In this document: positions 1 to 9,696 of the stretch, piece after piece
Layout of the letters: every line of letters begins with the position of its first letter
Numbering within the stretch: the first letter of the stretch is position 1
Assembly (NCBI GenBank): GCA_017503325.1
Contig: JAFVTI010000038.1
Coordinates: 114,428-178,427, forward strand
Direction: 5' to 3'
DNA: 64,000 nucleotides
DNA from: Clostridia bacterium
GTDB lineage: Bacteria; Bacillota; Clostridia; Oscillospirales; CAG-272
Notes under the pieces: model-generated
What the model was told of the DNA's origin: nothing
Databases searched by the model: none
The model's input: the letters and a program-made list of their open reading frames with translations, nothing else
Program-made: the position numbers and the translations under genes

Positions 1-1877
1 TTGTAATGCTCTTCACTTGACAGATCGTGCGAGCGGATATAATCCACCAAAGCATTGAACTCATCAGCATCCGCCTGCGTTGCGTCCATGGGAACATAGG
101 GTGCGCCGGGGTTGCCGCCCAGCACCAGAGCGTCGTAGTCGCTTTCGATCAGCGCCACGTTGTCCTTATTGACACCAAAGTGGGATTCCACGTATTCGGG
201 ACTGTAACGCTCACGCGCGTTGTAAACGCCCCAGAATTCGCCATTGATAAACAGCAAAACGGGCACGTACGCCATGGTATACACGTCAAGATCGCGGCAA
301 ACGCGCTGCATATATGCGTCACGGATAAAGGAATCCATGCAGTCGTTGCCCGAATTTCGGAGCAACAGACGCGAAAAATCCGTGATGACATTGCCGTCGT
401 TATCGCGGGCGTAGCCCTCGAACAGATCGTAATTGAGATCTCCGTCCGTACCCACGGCCGTATTGTTTGCGCTCTTGTAGTATATGCGCATCGACTTCAT
501 CGGCCAGCCGGAAGAGCCATGGCCGCTGATGGCAAGCTCAACGTAGGATGCGCCGTGGCGCTGACCGTCCGAGGAGAATACCTCCAGCATGCCGGTCTGA
601 CGCTGGTTACCCGTGCCGCCGGTGCTGCTGTAATGATTGTAAAAGCCTTGGCTTCCATAGATCAGGCTCTTGTCCATAGACAAGGACATCATGGTGACGC
701 CGTAATTCTTGAAGGTCTCGGAAATAAAGTACGTATTGGTAAAGACGTCTGTAGACTCCGTGCCGTTGGTCGCATACGCCTTGATGACGTAGCCGCCCGG
801 CATGGTCTGGCTTCTCGGGCGGTAGTCGCCGCCCATGTAAGTGATCGAGCCCTTGATGGTGTCTCCCCACTGCATTTCGGATGAATCCGCCAGCGGAATG
901 GAGGCGGTGTACACCTTGCCGTTGGTACGGGGATCGGTGCCGTCGGTAGTGTAATAAATGGTATAGCCATCGCGCGCGGAAAGCTCCAGCCAAAAGCCCT
1001 GGGAATAGATGCCCGCATCGGCCGAGAACAGCACCTCGTTGACCTTTGCGCCCACGATCGTATTTTTGCCCTTGGAGCTCTCGGGACAGGTCTGATTCAA
1101 TTTCGCGGTGGTTGCCTCAATCAAATTGACCTTATGAAATCCGCTGTAATGCTTGAGCGCGGTGCGCACCGCCACCTTGCTCTTGGACATATTGTCCACG
1201 GCAAAGGGACTGTCGTAGCCAAACTCGGCGGCCACGAAATACGAAACCGTTCCGCTGATATCCTCAACGGCGCAGGATTCGTTGATCTCCTGTCCTGCGG
1301 GCGCAAGTGCCAATTGGATGTCCTTGTTATCCAGAATCACGGGCCATTCGGCATCAAAAGAATCGATTGCCAGCACGGCAAAGGAATTATCATATGCCTG
1401 CGTGCCCTCTCTGGCCTCGGCCATACGGACAAGATAATAACCGCCCGCCTCGATCACGGCGTCCTCTGCAAATGTAAACTGACGGTAGCCGTCGCCCGTG
1501 CTCTCGCGGTAGTAAAGAGCCGCGTCCTTTAAGGACACCTGCTCTGCTCCCGCATTATACAGCTGAATAAAGCCGTGCGCAACTGCCGCATCCTTGTTCT
1601 GACCCGTGCCGTACACGGCCGAGATCATCACGTCCTTGAACTGCACGGCTATCTCGTAGGTGGGATCGTCAGGGTCAAGGATGTCGTCGCCCGTCGTTTG
1701 CTCTTCACCCGGGGTATGCTCTCCCGGCTGCGTGATCAGCTCCTCGGGGGGATTGGTCCCCTCCTCGCTGCTCTGCTCGGACGGATGATTGGTTCGACAG
1801 GCGGCAAGCGTGCCCATCAGCAAGATCAATATCAACAAAAATGATAAAACGGTGCGGAAGGATATTCTTTTTTTCAC
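1..1877 (-). CDS. CotH kinase-family exported lipoprotein with lamin-tail (LTD) and Fn3-associated-like domains; C-terminus lies beyond the window edge
   Basis: Absent from the ORF track because it is open to the left edge. My translation from GTG at 1877 (GGAGG 9 nt upstream) gives VKKRISFRTVLSFLLILILLMGTLAAC (lipobox), then ISAVYGTG..FIQLYNAGAEQVSL (LTD-like), YYTTDGTDP, and LLLRNSGNDCMDSFIRDAYMQRV..LFINGEFWGVYNARERY (CotH-like). Confidence 0.7.
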   Translation of the reverse strand, partial: MKKRISFRTVLSFLLILILLMGTLAACRTNHPSEQSSEEGTNPPEELITQPGEHTPGEEQTTGDDILDPDDPTYEIAVQFKDVMISAVYGTGQNKDAAVAHGFIQLYNAGAEQVSLKDAALYYRESTGDGYRQFTFAEDAVIEAGGYYLVRMAEAREGTQAYDNSFAVLAIDSFDAEWPVILDNKDIQLALAPAGQEINESCAVEDISGTVSYFVAAEFGYDSPFAVDNMSKSKVAVRTALKHYSGFHKVNLIEATTAKLNQTCPESSKGKNTIVGAKVNEVLFSADAGIYSQGFWLELSARDGYTIYYTTDGTDPRTNGKVYTASIPLADSSEMQWGDTIKGSITYMGGDYRPRSQTMPGGYVIKAYATNGTESTDVFTNTYFISETFKNYGVTMMSLSMDKSLIYGSQGFYNHYSSTGGTGNQRQTGMLEVFSSDGQRHGASYVELAISGHGSSGWPMKSMRIYYKSANNTAVGTDGDLNYDLFEGYARDNDGNVITDFSRLLLRNSGNDCMDSFIRDAYMQRVCRDLDVYTMAYVPVLLFINGEFWGVYNARERYSPEYVESHFGVNKDNVALIESDYDALVLGGNPGAPYVPMDATQADADEFNALVDYIRSHDLSSEEHY

Positions 1878-2027
1878 AGATATCTTCCTCCTTGTAAAAA
1901 TTACTATATAAATTGGTCAAGATACAGTTTGGGATTATACATTATACCATATTTTCCTTGGCTTGTAAAGACACATTTATACCAAATTTACGAAATGCAT
2001 CTCTGTGAGCACAGAAAGCATACAAAA

Positions 2028-2049
2028 AGAGGGGGCATACGCCCCCTCT
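2028..2049 (-). terminator. intrinsic terminator after CDS 2063..3646
   Basis: Hairpin AGAGGGGGC-ATAC-GCCCCCTCT, followed on the minus strand by TTTTTG. Confidence 0.7.
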
Positions 2050-2062
2050 GCGGATATTTCAA

Positions 2063-3646
2063 TCAACCGATTGCCCACTCCATCTGTGCGCAGAGCTTTT
2101 TGAGCTGCTTTTCAAACGATCTCTCATACTTCGCCCACACAGAAGAGACCGAAGCGTTGCCGCTTTCCAGCGCGGTGCGGAACAGCATGACCTTTTCGCC
2201 GTCCGTCATGGCCATATAGTTACAGCCGAAATCAAAGGTCTTGGACTCCAGGATCAGCTGCAGCATTTCCACATCCTCGGGGCTTGAGCAAACACGCATG
2301 GAAAATTCCCCGTCATATAAGCCGTTATTGTACTGCCCCAAAGCTTCAAGCGCATAGCCCGCAAAATCCTGATTGCGCACGCTCTGCGGTACCATAACCG
2401 CGGTGGCATTGCAATCCACGTAAGAGTGATACTCCTCGACGTCCCAGTCAGCCTTGGGATACGGCATAATGCCGAATTGCGTGGAAGTATTGACCATATT
2501 CATAGCCTGCTCCAGCGTCGTGCCATAGAACAGCGCTCTGCCGTCCGCAAAGACCTTCTCGGGCACTTGCAATTGGTCATAATCCTGCATCACGTCGTTC
2601 ATGGTCACCCAGACCGAGGCGATATTATTGGTCAGATTGTAAAACACCTCGTATACCCACTCCATCTGAGGTAAGCCCTGACTAAGCACGGGGATCTGCG
2701 ATTCGTCCTTGACGATCAGGGATATACCTGCGCCCGTTGCGAAGGCTTGCGCTCCGTCAAAGGCAGAAACGTAAGAAAACAGATCCGCGTCGGCATCCGC
2801 CATGCCGTTACCGTTGAGATCCACGTAGTTGTTTGCCACCATGCCAAGCATCTTTTCCATGGTCCAGCCGCCTTCCCGGACGTAGCTGTACATATCGATA
2901 TGATTTTGCTCGGCAAGCTCAGGATTAAACAGGATCACAGAGGTCTTGAGCATGGCGTCGGGCGTGATCGAACCCGTTGCCATAGGCAGGTACGAGCCGT
3001 ATGCCAGGCCGTTGTAAATGTCCTCATCCCAGCGCTCGTGCGTCAGATCCACCCAAGGAAGCCCTGACAGATTGACCAGAGCACCGTTCTGCGCCAGGGG
3101 CGAGCCGTCGCGGGCGATTGAGCCAAATACGATGTCATAGCTGCCTTCTCCGGACACCACGTCGTTGAGCACCTGATCGTAAAGTGCAGTCTGCTCTACC
3201 AGAACGCCGTCCACCTCAATGCCGCAATAAGCCGTCAAGGCCGCATTGCGCGCATACGTGGCTTCCTCCATGGAATCTCCGGATCTCTCCGATCCAAGGT
3301 CGTGCTTGTGGATACCAAGCAGCGTCAGTCTCTCGCCCTCATACATGTGCATGGGCAGCTCGACCCAAGGGCCTTCGGTTTCGATCTCACCATAGGTCAC
3401 GTCCTCGGTCCACATTTCCTCAATCCAGGTCTCGGTTTCCCAATGTCCGTTGGTCTCGGTCTCAATGGGTACACCTCCTCCTACGGGAGGTTCAGGCTCT
3501 ATCACTCCAAGGTTCTCACCCGGCAGATCCAAATTTCCAAGCAGCTCGCCGACAATCCCGCCAAGCTCAAATTCGGCAAAATTGCAAGCGGTCAGCGCAC
3601 AGGTTAAGGTCAAACACAAAAGCGTGATCGCAATTCTCTTTTTCAT
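2063..3646 (-). CDS. orphan extracellular solute-binding-protein-like lipoprotein (divergent paralog of the 4679-12768 array)
   Basis: Internal ATG at 3646 with AAAGGAGAC upstream. N-terminus MKKRIAITLLCLTLTCALTAC (lipobox). Size and composition resemble ~500-aa family-1 sugar-binding SBPs. The ORF-track start at 3739 is an upstream extension. Confidence 0.55.
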   Translation of the reverse strand: MKKRIAITLLCLTLTCALTACNFAEFELGGIVGELLGNLDLPGENLGVIEPEPPVGGGVPIETETNGHWETETWIEEMWTEDVTYGEIETEGPWVELPMHMYEGERLTLLGIHKHDLGSERSGDSMEEATYARNAALTAYCGIEVDGVLVEQTALYDQVLNDVVSGEGSYDIVFGSIARDGSPLAQNGALVNLSGLPWVDLTHERWDEDIYNGLAYGSYLPMATGSITPDAMLKTSVILFNPELAEQNHIDMYSYVREGGWTMEKMLGMVANNYVDLNGNGMADADADLFSYVSAFDGAQAFATGAGISLIVKDESQIPVLSQGLPQMEWVYEVFYNLTNNIASVWVTMNDVMQDYDQLQVPEKVFADGRALFYGTTLEQAMNMVNTSTQFGIMPYPKADWDVEEYHSYVDCNATAVMVPQSVRNQDFAGYALEALGQYNNGLYDGEFSMRVCSSPEDVEMLQLILESKTFDFGCNYMAMTDGEKVMLFRTALESGNASVSSVWAKYERSFEKQLKKLCAQMEWAIG

Positions 3647-3752
3647 AAGCAGGTCTCCTTTCGGTTCTTTGAATCTATTATAGCAAATTTTCCCGCATTT
3701 GTAAATACGAAAAATACCTTCTACCCATATAGACGCCAAAAATGCAAAAAGG

Positions 3753-3783
3753 TTCCGCGAAATCAGAAAAAAATTTCGCGGAA
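3753..3783 (-). terminator. terminator hairpin after the metallophosphoesterase gene
   Basis: 11-bp stem TTCCGCGAAAT / ATTTCGCGGAA, followed on the minus strand by CCTTTTTGC. Confidence 0.6.
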
Positions 3784-3796
3784 TCTTAAAAAATTT

Positions 3797-4615
3797 TCAA
3801 TTTGCGGGGACCAGCGTGATCTTGCGCGAGATACCGAGGTACGCGCCGCCCGTGATATACTGCACAAGCCCGGGGGCAAGCTCGTCCTCATGCGAGAAAT
3901 GCAAGTGCCCTGCGATGATGGCGGCAATCCCCGACGCGGGATCACGCACGTACTCGCAAAACGCTTCCGTTGCCTCGTTTTTGAGGATTGCGCCCGGCCC
4001 TATGTTGATATTTCTGCGCCAATCGCGCACCGTATCGTCATGCAGCGAAGGGCAATTGATGGGGATATGCATGCAAAGCAGGATCGGCTTGCCCTTCTCC
4101 TTCAATGCCATGAGAAAATCAATATCCTCCCTCTGCACGCACTCCATGCCGTCGTCAATACCCGCCACGATCAGATCGGGATACTCCAGATAGTGCCGCG
4201 CGACATCACCGTCCGAAAGTGCTGCAAACTTGCCGTAGTGCTGCGCTCTTGCCCCCTCGGTGTGATAATCGTCCGAATACGACCAATCGTGATTGCCTAT
4301 GACAAACATGGTCCCCAGGCCGCCTGCCCCGATCTCTCGATACAGGTCGCGCACGTTGGGGTCGCTTGGCGTATCCACGATATCCCCGGTCATGAGCATC
4401 AGATCTGCGCCCCATTCGCGCGCATCGGCATAAAAGCCCTGCAGCCTTTGCACACAAGGCGTGCCGTCGGTCTCAAAAATACATCTTGCACGCAAGGCCG
4501 CCTCGTCGTGGCGGGATTGCGGGTCGTTCTCTCCCATCCCCGTCAGATGCAGATCGGTGATATGATAAAGCTTATACGTATGCTGTAAGCCTCGGATGGC
4601 AATGGTGGTTTCCAT
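3797..4615 (-). CDS. metallophosphoesterase (calcineurin-like phosphoesterase family)
   Basis: Motifs HITDLHL, GDIVD, GNHDW and GHLH in the canonical order. ATG preceded by AAGGGAGAAAAAT. Confidence 0.8.
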   Translation of the reverse strand: METTIAIRGLQHTYKLYHITDLHLTGMGENDPQSRHDEAALRARCIFETDGTPCVQRLQGFYADAREWGADLMLMTGDIVDTPSDPNVRDLYREIGAGGLGTMFVIGNHDWSYSDDYHTEGARAQHYGKFAALSDGDVARHYLEYPDLIVAGIDDGMECVQREDIDFLMALKEKGKPILLCMHIPINCPSLHDDTVRDWRRNINIGPGAILKNEATEAFCEYVRDPASGIAAIIAGHLHFSHEDELAPGLVQYITGGAYLGISRKITLVPAN

Positions 4616-4678
4616 ATTTTTCTCCCTTATAGCAAGAGGCTACCCTTGCGGATAGCCCCTGTTTGCCTGAATTTTCAA

Positions 4679-6142
4679 TTAGTAATCGTAGCCGTAGGCC
4701 TCGTAGATCTTCTTGAGCTCCTTGAGCGTCAGATTCTCATTCTTGGAAATGTCTCTGGTGATAGAGGCACTCTTTTCGTTAAGCGAGGTCTGAGCGATGG
4801 ATGCGCAAGGCAGATTGCCGAAGTGCGTATAGCCAAAGTCGAATACCTTGTGACGGATGATCACGTCAACCATCTCTGCGGACTCGGGGTCACGTGCATT
4901 CTTGGACTTAGCAACCTTATCGTACAGGGTATCGGTCACCATGTAGTAAGAGGTGGAAGCCAGGACCTCCAGCAAGTAGCCGGCATCCTCCAAAGCCTCA
5001 TCATCAAGGCTTACGGGTATGCATGCAGTGGGAGCAGCACCGTTTACGAATCCCAGGTACTCAGCCTGCTTCTCATCGTACTTAGGCTGAGGCAGGATAC
5101 CGAATTCGGTCTCCATCTCGCGCAGGCTCGTGCCATCGATCAAGGAACCTGCAAAGAACAGTGCTCTGCCCGACTTGAATACGTTGATGGGCTCAGCATA
5201 CATGGAGTTGTTTGCCAGGTATTCCTTTACGGTTACGTGGAAGGACTGCTGGGTCACAACCAGCTCGTAGATCTTGTCGTAGATCGTCTGCAGTCTGTCG
5301 GCGTTGGGCTGATAGACGGGCAGGTGGTCCTCGTCAAAGGTGAACATGGTGCAGCCGGAGCCAAACCAGAAGTTATAGTCACTTGCCATAGACCAACCTG
5401 TCAAACCGTAGAAGTCGTCGGTATAGTTTATCTTACCGTCACCGTTAAGGTCATTGGTCTGATCCTTGGTGATTTCCAGCATGTCGTCAAGTGTCCAGGT
5501 GCCGTTTCTTGCATCTTCATAAGGATAATCAAGGCTCTGCTCGTCGAACAGGGTCTTGTTGAACATCATAGCAGCGGTGAGCATCATAGAGGTAGGCAGC
5601 AGGTCGCCGCAGACCACAAACATGTTGTCACCGAACATAAAGCCGTTCTTGCAATCCTGGTCCCACCAGGGGTTGTCAAAGTTGACGTACTCCAGATCAG
5701 TCAGGTTATACAGACAGTTGCCCATACCCAGGCTGGTAGCAGCATCAACCATGTGCTGGTAAATGATGTGATACTCACCACTACCCGAGCTGACGTCATT
5801 CTTGACCTTCTGGCTCAGAGCGAGGTAGTCAAGCTCAACAATAGGATTGAGCTTTACACCGTAGTGGTTTTGAATCTTGTCGTTTCTTCTGTAAATGGCA
5901 TCCTCCAGGGGGTCGGATTTGTCCGGCTCATCAGAACCCATATCAGTCTCTGTCTGTACCAGAAGATTGAACTCCTTGCCATTCAGATCCTCATTAGGCT
6001 CCAGATCAGCACTGATCCACTGGGACTCTTCTTCGGAGGAGTCACCGGAAGACTTTTCATTTTCGTCAGTGTCAGCACAACCAACGAACATGCTGATCAG
6101 CATAAGGCCGCACAAAAGCATAGCTAAGAGCTTTTTGTACAT
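4679..6142 (-). CDS. SBP-like surface lipoprotein, tandem paralog 1
   Basis: MYKKLLAMLLCGLMLISMFVGCADT lipobox. Ends ..YEAYGYDY. Shares long identical blocks with paralogs 2 and 3 (NPWWDQDCKNGFMFGDNMF, FGILPQPKYDEKQ, VLASTSYYMV.DTLYDKVAKSKNARD). Confidence 0.6.
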   Translation of the reverse strand: MYKKLLAMLLCGLMLISMFVGCADTDENEKSSGDSSEEESQWISADLEPNEDLNGKEFNLLVQTETDMGSDEPDKSDPLEDAIYRRNDKIQNHYGVKLNPIVELDYLALSQKVKNDVSSGSGEYHIIYQHMVDAATSLGMGNCLYNLTDLEYVNFDNPWWDQDCKNGFMFGDNMFVVCGDLLPTSMMLTAAMMFNKTLFDEQSLDYPYEDARNGTWTLDDMLEITKDQTNDLNGDGKINYTDDFYGLTGWSMASDYNFWFGSGCTMFTFDEDHLPVYQPNADRLQTIYDKIYELVVTQQSFHVTVKEYLANNSMYAEPINVFKSGRALFFAGSLIDGTSLREMETEFGILPQPKYDEKQAEYLGFVNGAAPTACIPVSLDDEALEDAGYLLEVLASTSYYMVTDTLYDKVAKSKNARDPESAEMVDVIIRHKVFDFGYTHFGNLPCASIAQTSLNEKSASITRDISKNENLTLKELKKIYEAYGYDY

Positions 6143-6190
6143 GCTTGTTCCTTCTTTCGTATTTATTTTTTTGCATAGGTATACGCATTC

Positions 6191-6219
6191 ATTCTATCAC
6201 AAGAGTAAATTGTTGTCAA
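6191..6219 (-). promoter_or_regulatory. sigma-A-type promoter of paralog 1
   Basis: Minus strand reads TTGACA (6219-6214), 17 nt, TAGAAT (6196-6191), with TGTGA just upstream of the -10. Confidence 0.6.
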
Positions 6220-6286
6220 GGAAATAGTCATTGATTGTCAAGAAAAGAGTCATTGATTGTCAAGAAAAGAGTCAATAATTGACAAG
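6213..6286. repeat. three tandem 22-bp direct repeats (TTGTCAAGAAAAGAGTCATTGA) ending in the palindrome GTCAAT-A-ATTGAC
   Basis: Units at 6213-6234, 6235-6256 and 6257-6278. Palindrome at 6271-6283. Each unit carries TTGACA on the minus strand. Confidence 0.8.
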
Positions 6287-6328
6287 AATAATTTCGGCCA
6301 CATTTTGTGCAATTTGACACAAACAAAA

Positions 6329-6353
6329 AGAAACCCGCACGTGGCGGGTCTCT
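6329..6353 (-). terminator. terminator after paralog 2
   Basis: CCCGC-ACGTG-GCGGG core with extended imperfect stem. The minus strand continues TTCTTTTTGTTTG. Confidence 0.65.
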
Positions 6354-6374
6354 TGGTGGGTATTCGAATATCAA

Positions 6375-7844
6375 TTAGTAATCGTAGCCGTAAGCCTCGT
6401 AGACCGTCTTGAGTGCCTTGAGGGTCTGATTTTCGCTCTTGGAAATGTTTCTGGTGATAGAGGCACTGCCGCTGCCGAGCGAAGTCTGAACAATGGTTGC
6501 ACAAGGCAGACCCTGAACGTGGAAGTGGGTGTAACCAAAGTCGAATACCTTGTGACGAATGATCACGTCAACCATCTCGGCGGACTCCTCGTCACGTGCG
6601 TTCTTGGACTTAGCAACCTTATCGTACAGGGTATCGGTTACCATGTAGTAAGAGGTGGAAGCCAGAACCTCCAGCATGTAGCCGGCATCAGCAAGTGCTT
6701 CCGCGCCAAGGCTCTTGGGCACGCATGCAGTGGAAGCCGATCCGTTTACAAAGCTCAGGTACTCTTCCTGCTTCTCGTCGTACTTGGGCTGAGGCAGGAT
6801 ACCGAATTCGTCCGCCATCTCGCGGAAGCCGGTACCATCGGACAGGGAGCCTGCAAAGAACAGCGCTCTGCCTGCCTTGAATACGTTAGCAGGCTCAGCG
6901 TAAATAGCACTGTTAGCCTGGAAATCCTGCATGGTTACGTGGAAGGCCTGCTGAGTAATGATCAGCTCATAGATCTTATCGTAAATGGTCTGCAGTCTGT
7001 CAGTATTGGGCTGATAAACGGGCAGGTGATCCTCGTCAAAGGCGAACATGGTTGCACCGGAGCCAAACCAGAAGTTGTAGTCGCAAGCCAGAGTCCAGCC
7101 TGCAAGGCCGTAGAAGTCGTTGGAGTAGTCGACCTTACCGTCACCGTTGAGGTCACGGGTCTGGTCCTTAGTGATCTCCAGCATGTCGTCAATGGTCCAG
7201 GTGCCTTCTCTTGCATCCTCATAAGGATAATCAATGCTCTGCTCGTCGAACAGGGTCTTGTTGAACATCACGGAGGCGGTGATCATCATGGACGAAGGCA
7301 GCAGGTCGCCGCAGATCACGAACATGTTGTCACCAAACATAAAGCCGTTCTTGCAGTCCTGGTCCCACCAGGGGTTGTCAAAGTTGACGTAATCCAGCTC
7401 GGTCAGATTGTACAAATTACCACCGGTACCGAGGTTGGTTGCTGCGTCTACCATATGCTGGTAAACGATGTGGTATTCACCACTGCCCGAGGTAACGTCG
7501 TTCTTGACCTTCTGGCTAAGCGCACTGTAGTCAATTTCAACCAAAGAGTTGAGTTTGACACCGTAATAGTTCTGGATCTTGTCGTTTCTTCTGTAAACGG
7601 CGTCCTCCAGGGGGTCGGATTTGTCCGGCTCCTCTGCCCCCATATCGGTCTCACTCTGTGTAAGGATGTTGATATCCTTACCCTTCAGACCCGGGTTGGG
7701 CTCCAGATCAGCGCTGATCCACTGGGACTCTTCTTCGGAGGAGTCACCGGAAGACTCTTCATTTTCGTCAGTGTCAGCACAACCAACGAACATGCTGATC
7801 AGCATAAGGCCGCACAAAAGCATAGCCAAGAGCTTTTTGTACAT
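6375..7844 (-). CDS. SBP-like surface lipoprotein, tandem paralog 2
   Basis: Same signal peptide/lipobox and the same C-terminal YEAYGYDY as paralog 1. Full-length ORF of 489 aa. Confidence 0.6.
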   Translation of the reverse strand: MYKKLLAMLLCGLMLISMFVGCADTDENEESSGDSSEEESQWISADLEPNPGLKGKDINILTQSETDMGAEEPDKSDPLEDAVYRRNDKIQNYYGVKLNSLVEIDYSALSQKVKNDVTSGSGEYHIVYQHMVDAATNLGTGGNLYNLTELDYVNFDNPWWDQDCKNGFMFGDNMFVICGDLLPSSMMITASVMFNKTLFDEQSIDYPYEDAREGTWTIDDMLEITKDQTRDLNGDGKVDYSNDFYGLAGWTLACDYNFWFGSGATMFAFDEDHLPVYQPNTDRLQTIYDKIYELIITQQAFHVTMQDFQANSAIYAEPANVFKAGRALFFAGSLSDGTGFREMADEFGILPQPKYDEKQEEYLSFVNGSASTACVPKSLGAEALADAGYMLEVLASTSYYMVTDTLYDKVAKSKNARDEESAEMVDVIIRHKVFDFGYTHFHVQGLPCATIVQTSLGSGSASITRNISKSENQTLKALKTVYEAYGYDY

Positions 7845-7892
7845 GCTTGTTTCCTTCTTTCGTATTTATTTTTTGCATAGGTATACGCATTC

Positions 7893-7921
7893 ATTTTATC
7901 ACAAGAGTAAATTGTTGTCAA
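7893..7921 (-). promoter_or_regulatory. sigma-A-type promoter of paralog 2
   Basis: Minus strand reads TTGACA (7921-7916), 17 nt, TAAAAT (7898-7893). Confidence 0.6.
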
Positions 7922-7988
7922 GGAAGAAGTCATTGATTGTCAAGAAAAGAGTCATTGATTGTCAAGAAAAGAGTCAATAATTGACAAG
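7915..7988. repeat. second copy of the 3 x 22-bp repeat plus palindrome block
   Basis: Units at 7915-7936, 7937-7958 and 7959-7980, then TTGACAAG. The whole 232-bp spacer 7845-8076 is near-identical to 6143-6374. Confidence 0.8.
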
Positions 7989-8030
7989 AATAATTTCGGC
8001 CACATTTTGTGCAATTTGACACAAACAAAA

Positions 8031-8055
8031 AGAAACCCGCACGTGGCGGGTTTCT
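8031..8055 (-). terminator. terminator after paralog 3
   Basis: Perfect 10-bp stem AGAAACCCGC / GCGGGTTTCT with loop ACGTG, and a T-run on the minus strand. Confidence 0.7.
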
Positions 8056-8076
8056 TGGTGGGTATTCGAATATCAA

Positions 8077-9546
8077 TTAGTAATCGTAGCCGTATGCCTC
8101 GTAGATCTTTTTCAGAGCCTTAGTGGTCTGCTTTTCGCTCTTGGTAATGTCTCTGGTGATAGAGGCACTCTTGCTGTTGAGTGCAGTCTGAACGATGGAT
8201 GCGCAAGGCAGGCCATCGTTGTGGAAGTGGGTATAGCCAAAGTCGAATACTCTGTGACGGATGATGACGTCAACCATCTCAGCGGACTCCTCGTCACGTG
8301 CGTTCTTGGACTTAGCAACCTTATCATACAGCGTATCGGATACCATGTAGTAAGAGGTGGAAGCCAGAACCTCCAGCATGTAGCCGGCGTCTGCCAGAGC
8401 ATCCTCGGAAAGGCTCTTGGGTACGCATGCGGTGGAAGCTGCACCGTTGACGAAGCTCAGGTACTCTTCCTGCTTCTCATCGTACTTGGGCTGAGGCAGG
8501 ATACCGAATTCGTTCTCCATCTCGCGCAGACCCGTACCTGCGGACAGGTAGCCTGCATAGAACAGTGCTCTGCCTGCCTTGAATACGTTGGAGGGCTCCT
8601 CATACATCGAGTTGTTGGACAGGTATTCCTGAACGGTTACGTGGAAGGACTGCTGGGTCACGATCAGCTCGTAGATCTTATCGTAGACGGTCTGCAGTCT
8701 GTCGGTGTTGGGCTGATATACGGGCAGGTGATCCTCGTCAAAGGTGAACATGGTGCAGCCTGCGCCGAACCAGAAGTTGTAGTCACAGTCCAGCGACCAG
8801 CCTACAAGGCCGTAGAAGTCGTCGGTGTAAAGTACCTTACCGTCACCGTTGAGGTCACGGGTCTGGTCCTTGGTCATCAGCAGCATGTCGTCGATGGTCC
8901 AGGTGCCGTCTCTTGCATCCTGATAAGGATACTCAAGGCTCTGCTCGTCAAACAGGTTCTTGTTGAACATAACGGCAGCGGTGATCATCATAGAGGAAGG
9001 CAGCAGGTCGCCGCAGACCACGAACATGTTGTCACCGAACATGAAGCCGTTCTTGCAGTCCTGGTCCCACCAGGGGTTGTCAAAGTTGACATACTCCAGG
9101 TCGGTCAGGTTATACAGGCAGTTACCCATACCCAGGTTGGTAGCAGCGTTTACCATGTGCTGGTAAACGATGTGGTATTCACCACTACCGGAGCTTACGT
9201 CGTTCTTGACCTTGTCGCCAAGTGCAACGTAGTCAAGCTCAACCAGCGGATTAAGAGTCACGCCGTAGAAGTTCTGGATCTTGTCGTTTCTTCTGTAAAC
9301 GGCATCCTCCAGGGGGTCGGATTTGTCCGGCTCCTCTGCGCCCATATCGGTCTCGGAGTTTGCAAGAATATTGATCTCCTTGCCCTTCAGACCCTCATTG
9401 GGCTCCAGATCGGCACTGACCCAGTTGGTCTCTTCCTCGGTGGAGGCATCGGTAGAGGTTTCCTCTTCACCGGTGTCAGCACAGCCGACGAATACGCTGA
9501 TCAGCATCAGGCCGCACAAAAGCATAGCTAAAAGCTTCTTGTACAT
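8077..9546 (-). CDS. SBP-like surface lipoprotein, tandem paralog 3
   Basis: MYKKLLAMLLCGLMLISVFVGCADT. 489 aa. Ends YEAYGYDY. Confidence 0.6.
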   Translation of the reverse strand: MYKKLLAMLLCGLMLISVFVGCADTGEEETSTDASTEEETNWVSADLEPNEGLKGKEINILANSETDMGAEEPDKSDPLEDAVYRRNDKIQNFYGVTLNPLVELDYVALGDKVKNDVSSGSGEYHIVYQHMVNAATNLGMGNCLYNLTDLEYVNFDNPWWDQDCKNGFMFGDNMFVVCGDLLPSSMMITAAVMFNKNLFDEQSLEYPYQDARDGTWTIDDMLLMTKDQTRDLNGDGKVLYTDDFYGLVGWSLDCDYNFWFGAGCTMFTFDEDHLPVYQPNTDRLQTVYDKIYELIVTQQSFHVTVQEYLSNNSMYEEPSNVFKAGRALFYAGYLSAGTGLREMENEFGILPQPKYDEKQEEYLSFVNGAASTACVPKSLSEDALADAGYMLEVLASTSYYMVSDTLYDKVAKSKNARDEESAEMVDVIIRHRVFDFGYTHFHNDGLPCASIVQTALNSKSASITRDITKSEKQTTKALKKIYEAYGYDY

Positions 9547-9696
9547 ACTTGTTTCCTTCTTTCATAATATTTTGCATAGGTATACACCTACATTCTACCA
9601 CAAGAGTCTGTTCTTGTCAAGAAAAATTTTCAACCCCGATTTTATATAGTCGAAGCCTGCACCGCGGTGCAGGCTTCTCTTCTTTGTTTCGTTTTA

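Noticed and set aside
27-1844. Plus-strand ORFs 27..884, 1134..1532 and 1575..1844.
   Set aside because: All lie antisense to the CotH-family gene, which reads through the whole region in one frame with recognisable domains.
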